A stretch of 64,000 bases of DNA from Candidatus Eiseniibacteriota bacterium (GCA_046327845.1 JAXLXQ010000018.1:1085-65084), one strand, 5' to 3'; shown: positions 31,401 to 38,697, counted from the stretch's first letter. Notes: generated by a model from the sequence alone, not told the origin. Numbers and translations: made by a program.

Positions 31401-31574
31401 CGCCACCGGCTTGTGCTCGGTACCGGCCTTGTAGCGCTCGACCGCGTCAGCGTGGCAGTCGACGCACTCGCGCCCGCCCTTCGACTTCGACGCGGAAAGG
31501 CTGGACGCCGCCGGCCAGAGCGCGGCGATCGAGACGAGAGCCGCGATCGAGAACAGCTTCGCGGCGCGTTTCAT
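28470..31574 (-). CDS. Giant multiheme c-type cytochrome, 42 CxxCH motifs, built from ~21 tandem diheme (paired-CxxCH) repeats; Sec signal peptide
   Basis: I counted 42 CxxCH motifs in 1034 aa (one per ~25 aa). Recurring unit: HPP-x-G-x-C-xx-CH-x-PH-x(5-8)-LL-x(6-10)-LC-xx-CH. N-terminus: MKRAAKLFSIAALVSIAALWPAASS. Confidence 0.95.
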   Translation of the reverse strand: MKRAAKLFSIAALVSIAALWPAASSLSASKSKGGRECVDCHADAVERYKAGTEHKPVADGKCEACHKRHGFDQKLVLLANPPDLCIGCHAEQSATGAMKSGHPVPERGDCLVCHSPHNSTDDGLLRRYDADLSCLACHEDVKEKIAAGGHPPASSEKCGTCHTVHGNTTAKLLNQDEEALCLSCHGKSRDALAAKHPGDGWKQAPCGACHEPHGSREKQLLVTGGHEPYRTGNCEACHTTPTGGALVAQVPELCTTCHGELEKLGDRAHPHPPAAEGECLTCHDPHKGTTEAVLKKEVKELCNECHDGLIPTSPVASVHAPFNDDQCGKCHDPHGSDHGGLLRAENGETCKQCHADIDSLATNATVKHPALESMACTDCHAPHLSNEPHLLAAPEAKLCGQCHENAEPARGDEYAHPPFAGGDCGSCHTVHGGDQAHLLKAQSPDLCKGCHSGVVAQGNLPVVHQGFVDQDCLICHAPHSGKKENGLRAEAKEVCGECHGDVLEQAAAKTNPHEPVKEGRCDSCHRGHGSKEPHLLIASERATCLSCHADIAKAINLPTAHPPARDGACTACHVAHGSDSPGMLIAAATELCAQCHDTSDPALQAKHKGAELAKLNCVGCHQPHGSESKGLLASKRHPPFDSGECAVCHGEGTPGPLTGSMTEKCATCHPDITAPAAAGESVHPPVADGECVICHNPHASERDKLLQKAQPDLCKECHSDIAEGASVHHPPVAEGKCGDCHDPHRSTHPKLLKAEGKALCGECHKDLVASFEGAKLHDPVAKDKCQACHNPHGSGEQSLLLKPMGELCQSCHQITPALKAKHKNYALEADACLSCHDPHASKQLNLMQASTHPPFAQGNCAACHTPNGGRKATGPEACTTCHPKIKEEMAKSVTHPAMTEDEACLNCHSPHAGSGKALMKSSSQLAVCGNCHDPAMFQGKSSHLNKTPDCSSCHQPHGADQGKLLKANVDELCQTCHADGTKHTHPLGAQYKDPRNDGPLTCLSCHNPHASQFDFQLQADRRRDLCIQCHTAAH

Positions 31575-32065
31575 GGGGTGGTCCTCCCTATCCCTGGAGT
31601 CGCTGTCGTCGGGGCCTTGCCCGGCGCCCAGATCAGCGAGTCGACTTGAAACGAGAGCTCGGACTTGGGCGCGAAGTGCGGCACGTCGGTGAAGAAGGCC
31701 CAGCTGGCCTCGACGCGTTTGCTCCCCTCGTACACTTCCACCTTGAGCGCCGGATTGCGCATCTCCTTCGACCGCGAGATGACCTTCTTCGTGCGGTCGT
31801 CGATCGCGAAGTCAGGGACGAAGTCGACGATCTTGCCGTAGAAGTCGGTGTCGCCGATCTGAAACTTCTCACCGGGCACTGCGCGCTCGATCTCCACGAA
31901 GTCGGGGTGCATGCGGTGCGTGACCCGGAGCTGCACCGCCTGGAGCGAGGAATCGCACGAGGAAATGACGAAACCTAGGAGGGCCGCGGCGAGCAAGCGC
32001 ACGCGCGGGTTCCACCGCTCGAGTCTGGCGTCGAGTCGATGGCGGAAGCCGGGGAACTTCATCAT
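31571..32065 (-). CDS. Small lipoprotein (164 aa), unknown function
   Basis: Lipobox LLGFVISSC. ATGA overlaps with both flanking genes. Confidence 0.7.
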   Translation of the reverse strand: MMKFPGFRHRLDARLERWNPRVRLLAAALLGFVISSCDSSLQAVQLRVTHRMHPDFVEIERAVPGEKFQIGDTDFYGKIVDFVPDFAIDDRTKKVISRSKEMRNPALKVEVYEGSKRVEASWAFFTDVPHFAPKSELSFQVDSLIWAPGKAPTTATPGIGRTTP

Positions 32066-32721
32066 CGATCGTTCTCCAACGAGGCTCGGCGCGCGGGGTC
32101 CAGGGGAGGACCGACGCGACAGACGTTGCGCATCGACTGCGCCAGCTGGTGCGAGATGACCGCTGCCAGTCGGTCCGCGGTGCGGATGCGTCCGATGCCG
32201 AAGAAGGTCTCGCCGTCGTCTCCCTCGCGCGAGGCCGATCCAGCCCAGATCACGAGGCCGTTCGAAGCGTCGATCAGGCGCAGGGTGATCGCCACCACCG
32301 GCAGACCACGCGGCCGGTCCTTACCCTCCGCGTAGTCGATGCCACGCCCACCAGGGAGGTAGTCGGCGCCGGCATGGGAGGCGAGCGATTCCATCTGCTC
32401 GGCCGACATCCGGTCGGGGTCGAGGATGCGAAGCTGACGGAGGGCGCCGGACACCAGGCCCGGATCCTGGATGCGGAAGTGATCCAGCGCGCCCAATTCG
32501 ACCAGGAGCTTCTGCACGAAAACATTCCCCGCCGCCTCGGACGAGGTCAGATTGCCGAGCGGCAAGAACGCGACGGTGGCGCCCGGTCGAACCCCTGATT
32601 CGGCGACCGTGAACTGCTGCAAGCCCGGGGCGCATCCGACGAGGGTCACGAGCAGGAGCAGCGACAGGGCGGTCGCGGCCACCGACATCCGTCGTGAGTG
32701 CGAAGGGATCACGCGCTGCAT
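32062..32721 (-). CDS. Lipoprotein with LpoB/PelC/TolB-N-like signature
   Basis: Trimmed to MQRVIPSHSRRMSVAATALSLLLLVTLVGC (lipobox) with GAGAGG SD. ATVAFLPLGNLTSSEAAGNVFVQKLLVELG matches the (V/I)A(V/I)LPF-x-N pattern of this lipoprotein fold class. Confidence 0.65.
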   Translation of the reverse strand: MQRVIPSHSRRMSVAATALSLLLLVTLVGCAPGLQQFTVAESGVRPGATVAFLPLGNLTSSEAAGNVFVQKLLVELGALDHFRIQDPGLVSGALRQLRILDPDRMSAEQMESLASHAGADYLPGGRGIDYAEGKDRPRGLPVVAITLRLIDASNGLVIWAGSASREGDDGETFFGIGRIRTADRLAAVISHQLAQSMRNVCRVGPPLDPARRASLENDR

Positions 32722-32731
32722 CTTGCGCCTC

Positions 32732-33349
32732 TCAGTCCGGCAGGCGCCCGACCAGCTCATCCGCCACCGACTCGGTCAGCTCGGAGAGGGTCCGCGCGCC
32801 GCCCAGGTTCAAGATCGGTATCGCGGCGCCACCGCGTCGCGTCACGCTGGTCGACCAGACGATCGTGCCCGTCTTGACGTCGACCAATCGAACCTCGACC
32901 GACACCAGCGGCCGTCCGGTGGCCGATCCCTCGAGGAAGTCGCGCACCGTCCCCTCGAAGATGCCCTGCACGCCGGTCGAATCGCCGAGGGCCGAGAGGT
33001 TGGTGATCGGCAGCCCGATCGGCGGCGCGGTGTTGGCGCCGACCGAGATCGAGTAGGCCGAGAGGAACTGCCCCGGTTCAGCCACGGCAAACTTGCGCGA
33101 GAAGATGAGGTGCGAGGTGAAGGCGGAGGACATCTTGTCCCCGGCCAATCGATCGTTGGTCAGCGATGCGAACGGAAGGACGCCGACGCGCTCGTAATAG
33201 CCCCAGTCGGCCTCCTCGTGGAGGAAGCTGTTGCTGCCGCCACACCCCATGGCCAGCAGCAGGAGGATCGCACCGATCAGCAATCGCACTCGCACGACTT
33301 CCCCTCCCCTCGTTCCTCCTGCCCAACTACCCGGTCGCGATTGGCTCAC
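32732..33349 (-). CDS. Lipoprotein, distant paralog of the previous one (LpoB/PelC/TolB-N-like)
   Basis: Lipobox LLLLAMGC. RVGVLPFASLTNDRLAGDKMSSAFTSHL. Starts 4 nt after the barrel gene stop. Confidence 0.65.
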   Translation of the reverse strand: MSQSRPGSWAGGTRGGEVVRVRLLIGAILLLLAMGCGGSNSFLHEEADWGYYERVGVLPFASLTNDRLAGDKMSSAFTSHLIFSRKFAVAEPGQFLSAYSISVGANTAPPIGLPITNLSALGDSTGVQGIFEGTVRDFLEGSATGRPLVSVEVRLVDVKTGTIVWSTSVTRRGGAAIPILNLGGARTLSELTESVADELVGRLPD

Positions 33350-33353
33350 GAAG

Positions 33354-34994
33354 TCAGAAGCGCTGGAGCAGCGACGCGCTCCACAGGCTCGACCCCGAAC
33401 CGACCGCGGGCAGCGCTCGCGTGTGCGACGCCGTCATCTCCCACAGCCGGGAGACGCGAACACGAAGACTCCCGCCGCTGGTGATGCCGAAGGTCCGGCC
33501 CCTTCGCGCATCCTGATCGGAGGCGCGGACGGCGCTCCAGCTCCACGCGGCATCTCCCCAGCGCCACGGCGCCGACACGCTGCCCGAGACGCCGTACTTC
33601 GATCCGGCCGCCTGCTCGCGCAGTTGGTGTCCGTCGTAGCGCATCGTGATCGAACCACCGCGGGCCAAACTCAGAATCGTCTCCACCGTGTAGTAGACGC
33701 GATCCATGTGGCGCAGCGAGATCTTCTGACCTAAGCGATCGGCTTGGGTGCTGGCCTGAACTTGTACACCGTCCACCGGCCGGAGGCGAAGCTCGATGTT
33801 TTGGGCCACCCGGTAGCGCTGCGCGGCGGGTACGCCCTCCAACGCCTGACCGGTCCAGTCGATGGCAAAGATCGCGCCGGGGCGGAGCGGACCATCGAAG
33901 CGCAGGCCCAACTGATCTGAAGGAGTGCTGGCGCCGGTCTGCGCCAGGACCCAGTTGCGGGCCGCGGTCGCGGTCGCGGTCATCTCCGGCAGGACGTGGT
34001 GGCGGGTGACCAGCTGCGCGCGCATGTAGTCGTTGATCGACTCCGCGCCGGAGACGAGCTGCCGTTGATAGGTGCGAATCACCGCCACGTTCGAACCCTG
34101 CCAAGGCTCGATCGAGGTGTTGACGCTGCCGTCCAGATTGCGGTCGTTGCGATCGCGCCTGGCGCGTTCCCGGTAGCGCAGCGTCTCCCAGTTCAGGTCG
34201 CCGCCCAGGCTCCAGACGCGGGTCGGGCGGAGGGTGACGCGCGACTCCAAGTCATCTCGGGTGTTTCGCCGGGTGGAGCCGTCCCCGATTCGATCACGCC
34301 CCTGCACGTGCCGCGCGCCGAAGCCGCTCGTCATCCAGCTGCCGGTGGTGTGCTGCGCCTCCGCGCCGAATTGGGTCTCGCGCGTGCGACGACGCACCGC
34401 GGCCGCGCCCGGAATGGGGATCCCACCGATCGTGCGCTGACTGTTCGAGTCCTGCCAACGGTCGGAATAGTCGAAGTCGATTCCGCGGAGCCTCTGCGCC
34501 ACGGCGAGCCGTTGCTCGTCGACCTGCGTGTTGTTGGGATTGCCGATGCTGTTCGAACCGCCGTAGCGGCGTTCCCTCGAGGTCGACTCGAAGCGCAGGT
34601 TGGGCAGGCCTTCCTTGTGGAGCTGCCCGCCCCACGAGGTCTCATTGAGCTTCCACGTGGGCGGTTGATTGATCGAGACGCGCTGATCCGGGCGGTTGCG
34701 GAAGTAGAGGTCGAGCGGCGTGCTTCGAAACTGCAGGTCGCCGCGTCCGCGGAAGGTGTGGACACGCTGCTCGAAATCTTCTTCACGCTGCAACTGCCCG
34801 AGGAAAACGAGGGACCGGTCTAGGCCAAGGTGAAAGAGGGTGCGGCACTCTAGCACTTGATCGGACGTGCGGAATCTCCCGTTTGCTAGGCGGGAGGAGA
34901 GGTAGGTCGAATGCAGGCGATAGTCGACCTCGGCCTGGGCCGGTCCAACGAAACTCAAGACGGCAATGGCCACGAGACCGCTCCGGGCGCGCAT
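33354..34994 (-). CDS. Outer-membrane beta-barrel protein (546 aa)
   Basis: Signal peptide MRARSGLVAIAVLSFVGPAQA. Alternating amphipathic strand pattern rich in R, D, Y, G and T. C-terminal SLWSASLLQRF with terminal Phe (OMP signature). Its start overlaps the stop of the upstream cytochrome gene (TAATG). Confidence 0.8.
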   Translation of the reverse strand: MRARSGLVAIAVLSFVGPAQAEVDYRLHSTYLSSRLANGRFRTSDQVLECRTLFHLGLDRSLVFLGQLQREEDFEQRVHTFRGRGDLQFRSTPLDLYFRNRPDQRVSINQPPTWKLNETSWGGQLHKEGLPNLRFESTSRERRYGGSNSIGNPNNTQVDEQRLAVAQRLRGIDFDYSDRWQDSNSQRTIGGIPIPGAAAVRRRTRETQFGAEAQHTTGSWMTSGFGARHVQGRDRIGDGSTRRNTRDDLESRVTLRPTRVWSLGGDLNWETLRYRERARRDRNDRNLDGSVNTSIEPWQGSNVAVIRTYQRQLVSGAESINDYMRAQLVTRHHVLPEMTATATAARNWVLAQTGASTPSDQLGLRFDGPLRPGAIFAIDWTGQALEGVPAAQRYRVAQNIELRLRPVDGVQVQASTQADRLGQKISLRHMDRVYYTVETILSLARGGSITMRYDGHQLREQAAGSKYGVSGSVSAPWRWGDAAWSWSAVRASDQDARRGRTFGITSGGSLRVRVSRLWEMTASHTRALPAVGSGSSLWSASLLQRF

Positions 34995-36103
34995 TAGTCC
35001 TCCCCCTCACCTGGGTGGTGGACGTTCTCGCTGGTCGCGGAGCTGTAGTCGGAACCGTGGCAACCGAAGCATCCCCGGACGTCGGTGGCCGCGTGGCCGC
35101 CCTCGTCCGGGAGCGTGTTCATCACGATGCCGTCGACCGTGATGGAGCCCGGCACGCCGTTCGCCGGGATGTGGCAGCCAAGGCAGAACGCCCGGTTGGC
35201 CGCCGGATTGGTTTGGGTATCGACGAGCCCACGCCAGCCGGGTCGCTCGTCGCTGATCAAGAAGGCGTTCGGCGAAACGCCGTCGTTCCCGCGCGAACCG
35301 TGCGGGTTGTGGCACTCGTAGCAGGGGAGCGGATCGCCCGCCCGCATGTAGCTGGGCCAGGAGATCGCGATCTCGGGATTGCGGCGGATCTGGTGGCCGG
35401 CGCGCTGGTCATTGTTGATCGCGGGGTCGTAGTAGTCGGCGATGAGGCGATTCGGCGCATCCATGCCGACGGGACCCGAGGGACCGTGGCAGTCGAGGCA
35501 GGCCGCCATCCGAACCGCCGCGCGACCGGGCCAGCTTCCGCCCCAGGGTTGGTAGACGGCCTTCAAAAGATCGTGCGGGCCCGCCCCTTCGTGGGGATCG
35601 TGGCAGTTGCGGCAAAGGCCGCTGCCGTCGCCGTCTTCGATCGGCATGTCGGGGTCGTTGCGGTGCGGCGAGTAGTAGTGGCCGTTCGCGGCGACCCGCG
35701 TGTCTTCGAAGACCAGCATCCCCGGCCAGCGTCGTCTGAGCAGCACGCCCGGGGTGCGTTGGCCGCCGCTGTTGGCTTCGAAGTAACCAGGAGCGTCGGC
35801 GGTCTCGGGGAGGCGATCACTCTCGATCGCGGGATAACCCGGCGGGCGCTGATCATGGCAGCCACCGATTCCGCCGGCCCCGTAGCAAAGTTGATTGTCG
35901 TTCGGAGCGAAGAGGATCTTCGGCTCGGGCGTCATCCCCTCGTTGTCGTGAAGCGGATGGCACTGCGAGCACTCGCCGATGGTGGGTGGATCGGTCGGGA
36001 TGCGGTTGACGCCGTAGATCGGGTCATAGTGCGGATTGGCGCTCGGTGTCTGCGCCAGGCTGAGCAAGGTCATGAGAACGATCGGTCCGCCGGGTACGAA
36101 CAT
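34994..36103 (-). CDS. Multiheme c-type cytochrome: 6 CxxCH plus one possible Cx8CH site
   Basis: CSQCH, CRNCH, CLDCH, CYECH, CLGCH, CFGCH and CYGAGGIGGCH. Trimmed to MFVPGGPIVLMTLLSLAQTPSA (signal) with GGTGAGGAGA SD. The longer track ORF would run through a hairpin. Confidence 0.85.
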   Translation of the reverse strand: MFVPGGPIVLMTLLSLAQTPSANPHYDPIYGVNRIPTDPPTIGECSQCHPLHDNEGMTPEPKILFAPNDNQLCYGAGGIGGCHDQRPPGYPAIESDRLPETADAPGYFEANSGGQRTPGVLLRRRWPGMLVFEDTRVAANGHYYSPHRNDPDMPIEDGDGSGLCRNCHDPHEGAGPHDLLKAVYQPWGGSWPGRAAVRMAACLDCHGPSGPVGMDAPNRLIADYYDPAINNDQRAGHQIRRNPEIAISWPSYMRAGDPLPCYECHNPHGSRGNDGVSPNAFLISDERPGWRGLVDTQTNPAANRAFCLGCHIPANGVPGSITVDGIVMNTLPDEGGHAATDVRGCFGCHGSDYSSATSENVHHPGEGED

Positions 36104-36135
36104 CGTCCTTGTCTCCTCACCGCCCCTAGTGACTT

Positions 36136-36167
36136 GGGGCACGGCTGCGCGATGCGCCCCGTGCCCC
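36136..36167 (-). other. GC-rich hairpin in the OmcS-like / heptaheme intergenic region
   Basis: GGGGCACGG...CCGTGCCCC with an inner GCGC-GAT-GCGC extension. Lies about 35 nt upstream of the next start codon. Confidence 0.4.
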
Positions 36168-36240
36168 TCGTCTCTTCGTCCTCAGCCCTGCCGCCTTCCC
36201 CAGGGTCGCCGGGCGCTGGCGGCCGGAGCGAGTCGGAACG

Positions 36241-36266
36241 GCTCGCGCCGCCTACGCGGCGCGAGC
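36241..36266 (-). terminator. Perfect 10-bp hairpin immediately after the OmcS-like gene
   Basis: GCTCGCGCCG-CCTACG-CGGCGCGAGC, 10 nt after the TAG at 36277-36279. No U-tract. Confidence 0.5.
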
Positions 36267-36276
36267 GTCTATCCTA

Positions 36277-37281
36277 CTAGCCCTGAATGTGGCACTGCTT
36301 GCAGAGATCCTTCACCGCCACGCCATCGTCACCTTCCTCGGACACGGTGCCCGTGCCCTTCATGAAGATGAGGCCGAAGGCGTGCTTGTTGCCGTGCGCC
36401 TTGTGGCAGCTCATGCAGGACGGGGTCACGCCGGACGGCGGGGGATCCCACACGCCGGTCGGGCTCATCACGTGCACGCGGTTGGTGCGGCTGGTGAAGG
36501 TGGTGAGGCTGGAGTGCCCACCGGTCAGGCCGCCGATGTTGGCGTCAGCGTTCGGGTGGCGGAGCCACTCGGCGCCAGTCGCGTCACCGCCGACTTCCGG
36601 GCCGCCCTTGGCGCCGTGGAAGTTGGTGTGGCAGCCCTTGCAGAACATCGCGTACTTCGACGCGGTCTGATCCGGCTCGTTCCAGTCGACGTTGTTGTAG
36701 GCGTAGTGCGAGGTCATCGGGGTGGTGGCGCGCTCGAAGATGTCCTTGGTCAGGTCGTTCGTGCCGATCGCGTAGGTCACCGTCGAGTTCGACGGGGCCG
36801 TACCGGTCTTCACCCGAAGGTTACGATAGGCGCCGCCGGCACCGTGCTGATGGTGGCAGTCGGTGCAGCTCAGGCCGTTCGTGTTCGACCAGGTGCCGCC
36901 AGGAGCCACGTCGGTCGCGTCCAGGGTGTGGCCGGTCGCGTGGTAGTAGGGCGCCGAGCCGTTGCGGTTCAGACCACCAGCCTCGCGAACGTAGCTGTTG
37001 GAGTTCGCGCCGAGGACGTCCGGTGCGAACGAGGTGTTGTTGTGGCAGGTCAGGCACAGGTCGTTGACGTCATTACGCAGCAACGCCTCGTACGGACCAC
37101 TGGCGCCGAGCGGCGCGTAGATCCCGGTGCCGTCCTCGTTGTAGCCGTGGGTCTGGCTATAGTGCATGACGTGGCAGTCGGCGCAAACTAGCGTCGTCCC
37201 GGTGTGAAAGTCCCCGGCCATGGCAAGGGGGACTCCGATCAGAAGCGCGAATGCTCCGAGAAGAAGTCCGAGCCGTTTCAT
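36277..37281 (-). CDS. OmcS-like hexaheme c-type cytochrome (candidate filament-forming subunit)
   Basis: Six CxxCH: CADCH, CLTCH, CTDCH, CKGCH, CMSCH, CKQCH. Signal MKRLGLLLGAFALLIGVPLAMA. The mature end GDFHTGTTLVCADCHVMH resembles Geobacter OmcS FHSGGVAECEGCHTMH (from memory). FCKGCHTNFHG...WLRHP resembles WCANCHT...LRHP. The final LCKQCH resembles LCNKCH. Confidence 0.75.
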   Translation of the reverse strand: MKRLGLLLGAFALLIGVPLAMAGDFHTGTTLVCADCHVMHYSQTHGYNEDGTGIYAPLGASGPYEALLRNDVNDLCLTCHNNTSFAPDVLGANSNSYVREAGGLNRNGSAPYYHATGHTLDATDVAPGGTWSNTNGLSCTDCHHQHGAGGAYRNLRVKTGTAPSNSTVTYAIGTNDLTKDIFERATTPMTSHYAYNNVDWNEPDQTASKYAMFCKGCHTNFHGAKGGPEVGGDATGAEWLRHPNADANIGGLTGGHSSLTTFTSRTNRVHVMSPTGVWDPPPSGVTPSCMSCHKAHGNKHAFGLIFMKGTGTVSEEGDDGVAVKDLCKQCHIQG

Positions 37282-37325
37282 GTCAATCCTCACTTTCGGT
37301 ACGTCTTGGGGCGCCGAAACTACCG

Positions 37326-38441
37326 CTACCGCGAAGCCCCCGGCGCCAGGATGTCAGTCCGTCCACCCAACCCATCCACCCCAACTCCCACCGAGTCCCG
37401 ACCCGTGGGGGTCGTAGCCTCGGCTGAGATCTCAGGCGCGCTCATCTGGAAAGCAGAGAGGCGCGCGCCCAACCTCTCCAGCACGAACAGGCGATCCTTT
37501 CCGTCCGTGGCCATCGCCGCGGGATAGAGAAGATCGCCCAGCTCCCTGCCTGCCGCCCCAACCATTCCGACGTAGGTCCCGTCCAGAGCGAAGACCTTAA
37601 TCGTCTGGCGGATCGCATCCGCCACCCACATCCGCCCGGAGGCGGCCACCACTGCGGTAGGAAGAGAGAAGTTCTCGTTGCCAACATCGTGCGTTCCCAG
37701 CGCGAGCAGAAGCTCGTGCTCGGAATCGTAGACACGGACCGGCGGCTCGGCCGTCGCGTCCGTGATGTACAAGCGACCCGCGGGGTCCATGTACAAACTG
37801 GTGATCGCGCCGAAGGGCTTCGCCCCGGCGTCGCGGCCATCCACCGTCCAGAGGATCGTGTCGTCGCTCGCCACGCAGACGATCACGGCGTCATGCGAGC
37901 CGACCGCGACGATGAGGTGATCTTCGGGATCGAGCGCTAATGACACCGGTCGGAAGTCGCCGGGAATCGCGCTGGAGGAGTTCGGGTCGGGCGCAGCCCA
38001 TCCCTTGAACTGCGCCGGGTCGATCTGGCGGACGGGCTGGCCGAGGAGGTCCATCACCTCGACCCGGTCCGAGAGGGCGTCGATCAAGTAGAGGAGACCA
38101 TCCCGCGTCACCGCGAGATTCTTCGGCTCGCCCGGAATCGGACCGCGCGGGCTATCCGCGAAGACTTGGTAGCTACGAATCTGCATCCCCGACCCGTCGA
38201 GGGCGCGGATGCGGTGGTTGCCGGTGTCGGCGACCCAAAGAAGGTCCCCCTGAGCGTCGTAAGCCAGGCCGAGAGGGCGGTTGAAGTCGACCGCGGCGGA
38301 AGTCCTGTCGACCATCCAAAGAGGGGTCGCCTGCACAGCCCCCTCGGCTTGGCTTGGCGACGCCCAGAGGGATGCGGCCAGGACACCCGAGATCCAGCCC
38401 GTCACGATCCACCCACCGGACCGCTGCGGAAGGCGCCCCAT
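37326..38441 (-). CDS. NHL-repeat six-bladed beta-propeller protein, secreted
   Basis: Repeats such as LLWVADTGNHRIRALD, LLYLIDALSDRVEVMD, RLYITDATAEPPVRVYD, RMWVADAIRQTIKVFA and RLFVLERLGARLSAFQ. Start at MGRLPQRSGGWIVTGWISGVLAASLWASPSQA (GGAGG SD). The track ORF extends to 38525. Confidence 0.8.
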   Translation of the reverse strand: MGRLPQRSGGWIVTGWISGVLAASLWASPSQAEGAVQATPLWMVDRTSAAVDFNRPLGLAYDAQGDLLWVADTGNHRIRALDGSGMQIRSYQVFADSPRGPIPGEPKNLAVTRDGLLYLIDALSDRVEVMDLLGQPVRQIDPAQFKGWAAPDPNSSSAIPGDFRPVSLALDPEDHLIVAVGSHDAVIVCVASDDTILWTVDGRDAGAKPFGAITSLYMDPAGRLYITDATAEPPVRVYDSEHELLLALGTHDVGNENFSLPTAVVAASGRMWVADAIRQTIKVFALDGTYVGMVGAAGRELGDLLYPAAMATDGKDRLFVLERLGARLSAFQMSAPEISAEATTPTGRDSVGVGVDGLGGRTDILAPGASR

Positions 38442-38642
38442 GGTGGCCTCCGTCGCGATCCCCGTTTCGTGAATGGACTGGTTCATCTTGGTGTCCCTGG
38501 TTATGTGCCAGTTTTCACTAGTCACCTCGCGTGCCGAATTGGTCCAGAATTGGCCCTCAAACCAGCTGGGAGCTAATTGCCTGCGCAGAGGAAAGTTACG
38601 GAGAGAAAATCAGCAGCCCGGTCAAGTCGTAGCGTGGATGAG

Positions 38643-38667
38643 GATCCGCCGGGGGGCCCGGCGGATC
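38643..38667 (-). terminator. 11-bp perfect GC hairpin downstream of the methyltransferase gene
   Basis: GATCCGCCGGG-GGG-CCCGGCGGATC, about 85 nt after the stop at 38750. No U-tract. It could alternatively be a 5'-leader structure of the cytochrome locus. Confidence 0.35.
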
Positions 38668-38681
38668 GACTTCCCTGGAAT

Positions 38682-38697
38682 CGCGAACTCCCTGCCT
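38682..38697 (-). promoter_or_regulatory. Weak sigma54-type promoter candidate facing the cytochrome locus
   Basis: The minus strand reads AGGCAGGGAGTTCGCG. GG-N10-GC spacing is correct and 9 of 12 consensus positions match. About 240 nt upstream of the NHL gene start. Confidence 0.25.

Noticed and set aside
38495-38510. Perfect TGGCAC hexamer on the minus strand just upstream of the NHL gene
   Set aside because: The -12 position reads CCAGG rather than TTGC (no GC at the required spacing). It may also lie inside the coding region if the longer start is used.
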